Part shown: positions 63,973 through 64,000 of the stretch, in pieces
Position numbering within the stretch: the first letter of the stretch is position 1
Layout of the letters: every line of letters starts with the position of its first letter
Position numbers and translations under genes: made by a program
Origin: a virus
Lineage: Duplodnaviria > Heunggongvirae > Uroviricota > Caudoviricetes
DNA: 64,000 bases
Virus record (IMG/VR): IMGVR_UViG_3300033121_001869
Location: 109,076-173,075 of that record
Strand: one strand, 5' to 3'
The notes under the pieces: model-generated
Told to the model about the DNA's origin: nothing
Seen by the model: the letters and a program-made list of their open reading frames with translations, nothing else
The model's database searches: none

Positions 63973-64000
63973 TGAAAAGGTTATCACTAAATATAAATTT

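Noticed and set aside
1-64000. CRISPR arrays, tRNA genes, rRNA genes
   Set aside because: No regularly spaced direct repeats. No cloverleaf-consistent GGTTCGAnTCC T-arm motifs in intergenic regions. No rRNA-like conserved blocks.
1-64000. Eukaryotic giant-virus (Mimiviridae-like) origin, suggested by AT-richness, intein, NAD-ligase and aaRS-like genes
   Set aside because: A sigma-70-family factor, SmpB, IF3, bacterial ribosomal proteins, several TTG starts, ATGA-type overlaps and intrinsic terminators with U-runs argue for a bacteriophage.

Overview
The window is a strongly AT-rich, gene-dense stretch (about 85 plausible protein genes, no rRNA, tRNA or CRISPR) that reads as part of a large tailed bacteriophage genome. 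It looks like a T4-like or jumbo phage rather than a eukaryotic giant virus. The grounds are several TTG starts, short intergenic gaps, ATGA-type overlaps, a phage-type gp46/SbcC recombination ATPase, an ECF-like sigma-70 factor, SmpB, IF3 and hairpin plus U-run terminators.

Three things stand out.

1. Translation takeover genes. The window carries an unusually rich set of translation-related genes scattered among phage genes. These are ribosomal protein bS21, a truncated bS1 with several S1 domains, a protein whose N-terminus copies the factor-binding C-terminal domain of bL12, IF3, SmpB, a GatB/YqeY-domain protein and a truncated GluQ-RS-like glutamyl-tRNA synthetase core.

2. A candidate RNA-repair and NAD-linked module. 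An Rnl2-type RNA ligase is followed by an ORF of unknown function, then a sirtuin that lacks the usual zinc ribbon, a CCA-adding-enzyme-like nucleotidyltransferase and a separate HD phosphohydrolase, all on the same strand. Elsewhere the window encodes an NAD-dependent DNA ligase, two Nudix hydrolases and a HIT protein.

3. Selfish genetic elements. The window opens inside an intein that splits the Walker-A P-loop of the gp46/SbcC ATPase. It also holds three free-standing HNH endonucleases and a PD-(D/E)xK endonuclease with a triplicated zinc-ribbon N-terminus.

Other content:
- Proteostasis genes: a DnaJ-like protein, ClpP, an M16 peptidase, an FKBP isomerase and thioredoxin.
- A signal-peptide-bearing EndoG/NucA-like nuclease and a Dam methylase.
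- A flotillin/SPFH gene sitting in a compositionally atypical segment.
- A minus-strand tail block: a 2312-aa protein with W-x-NG-x-F-NGG-x-F repeats, followed by a tail-collar-domain protein, plus separate 1644-aa and 1057-aa structural proteins.

Several gene starts sit behind a TTTG-N20-TAnnTTTG element, with a variant immediately before the ATG. This fits the Bacteroidetes promoter architecture and suggests a Flavobacteria or Bacteroidetes host, which is an inference. All functional calls rest on motif recognition by eye and need database confirmation.
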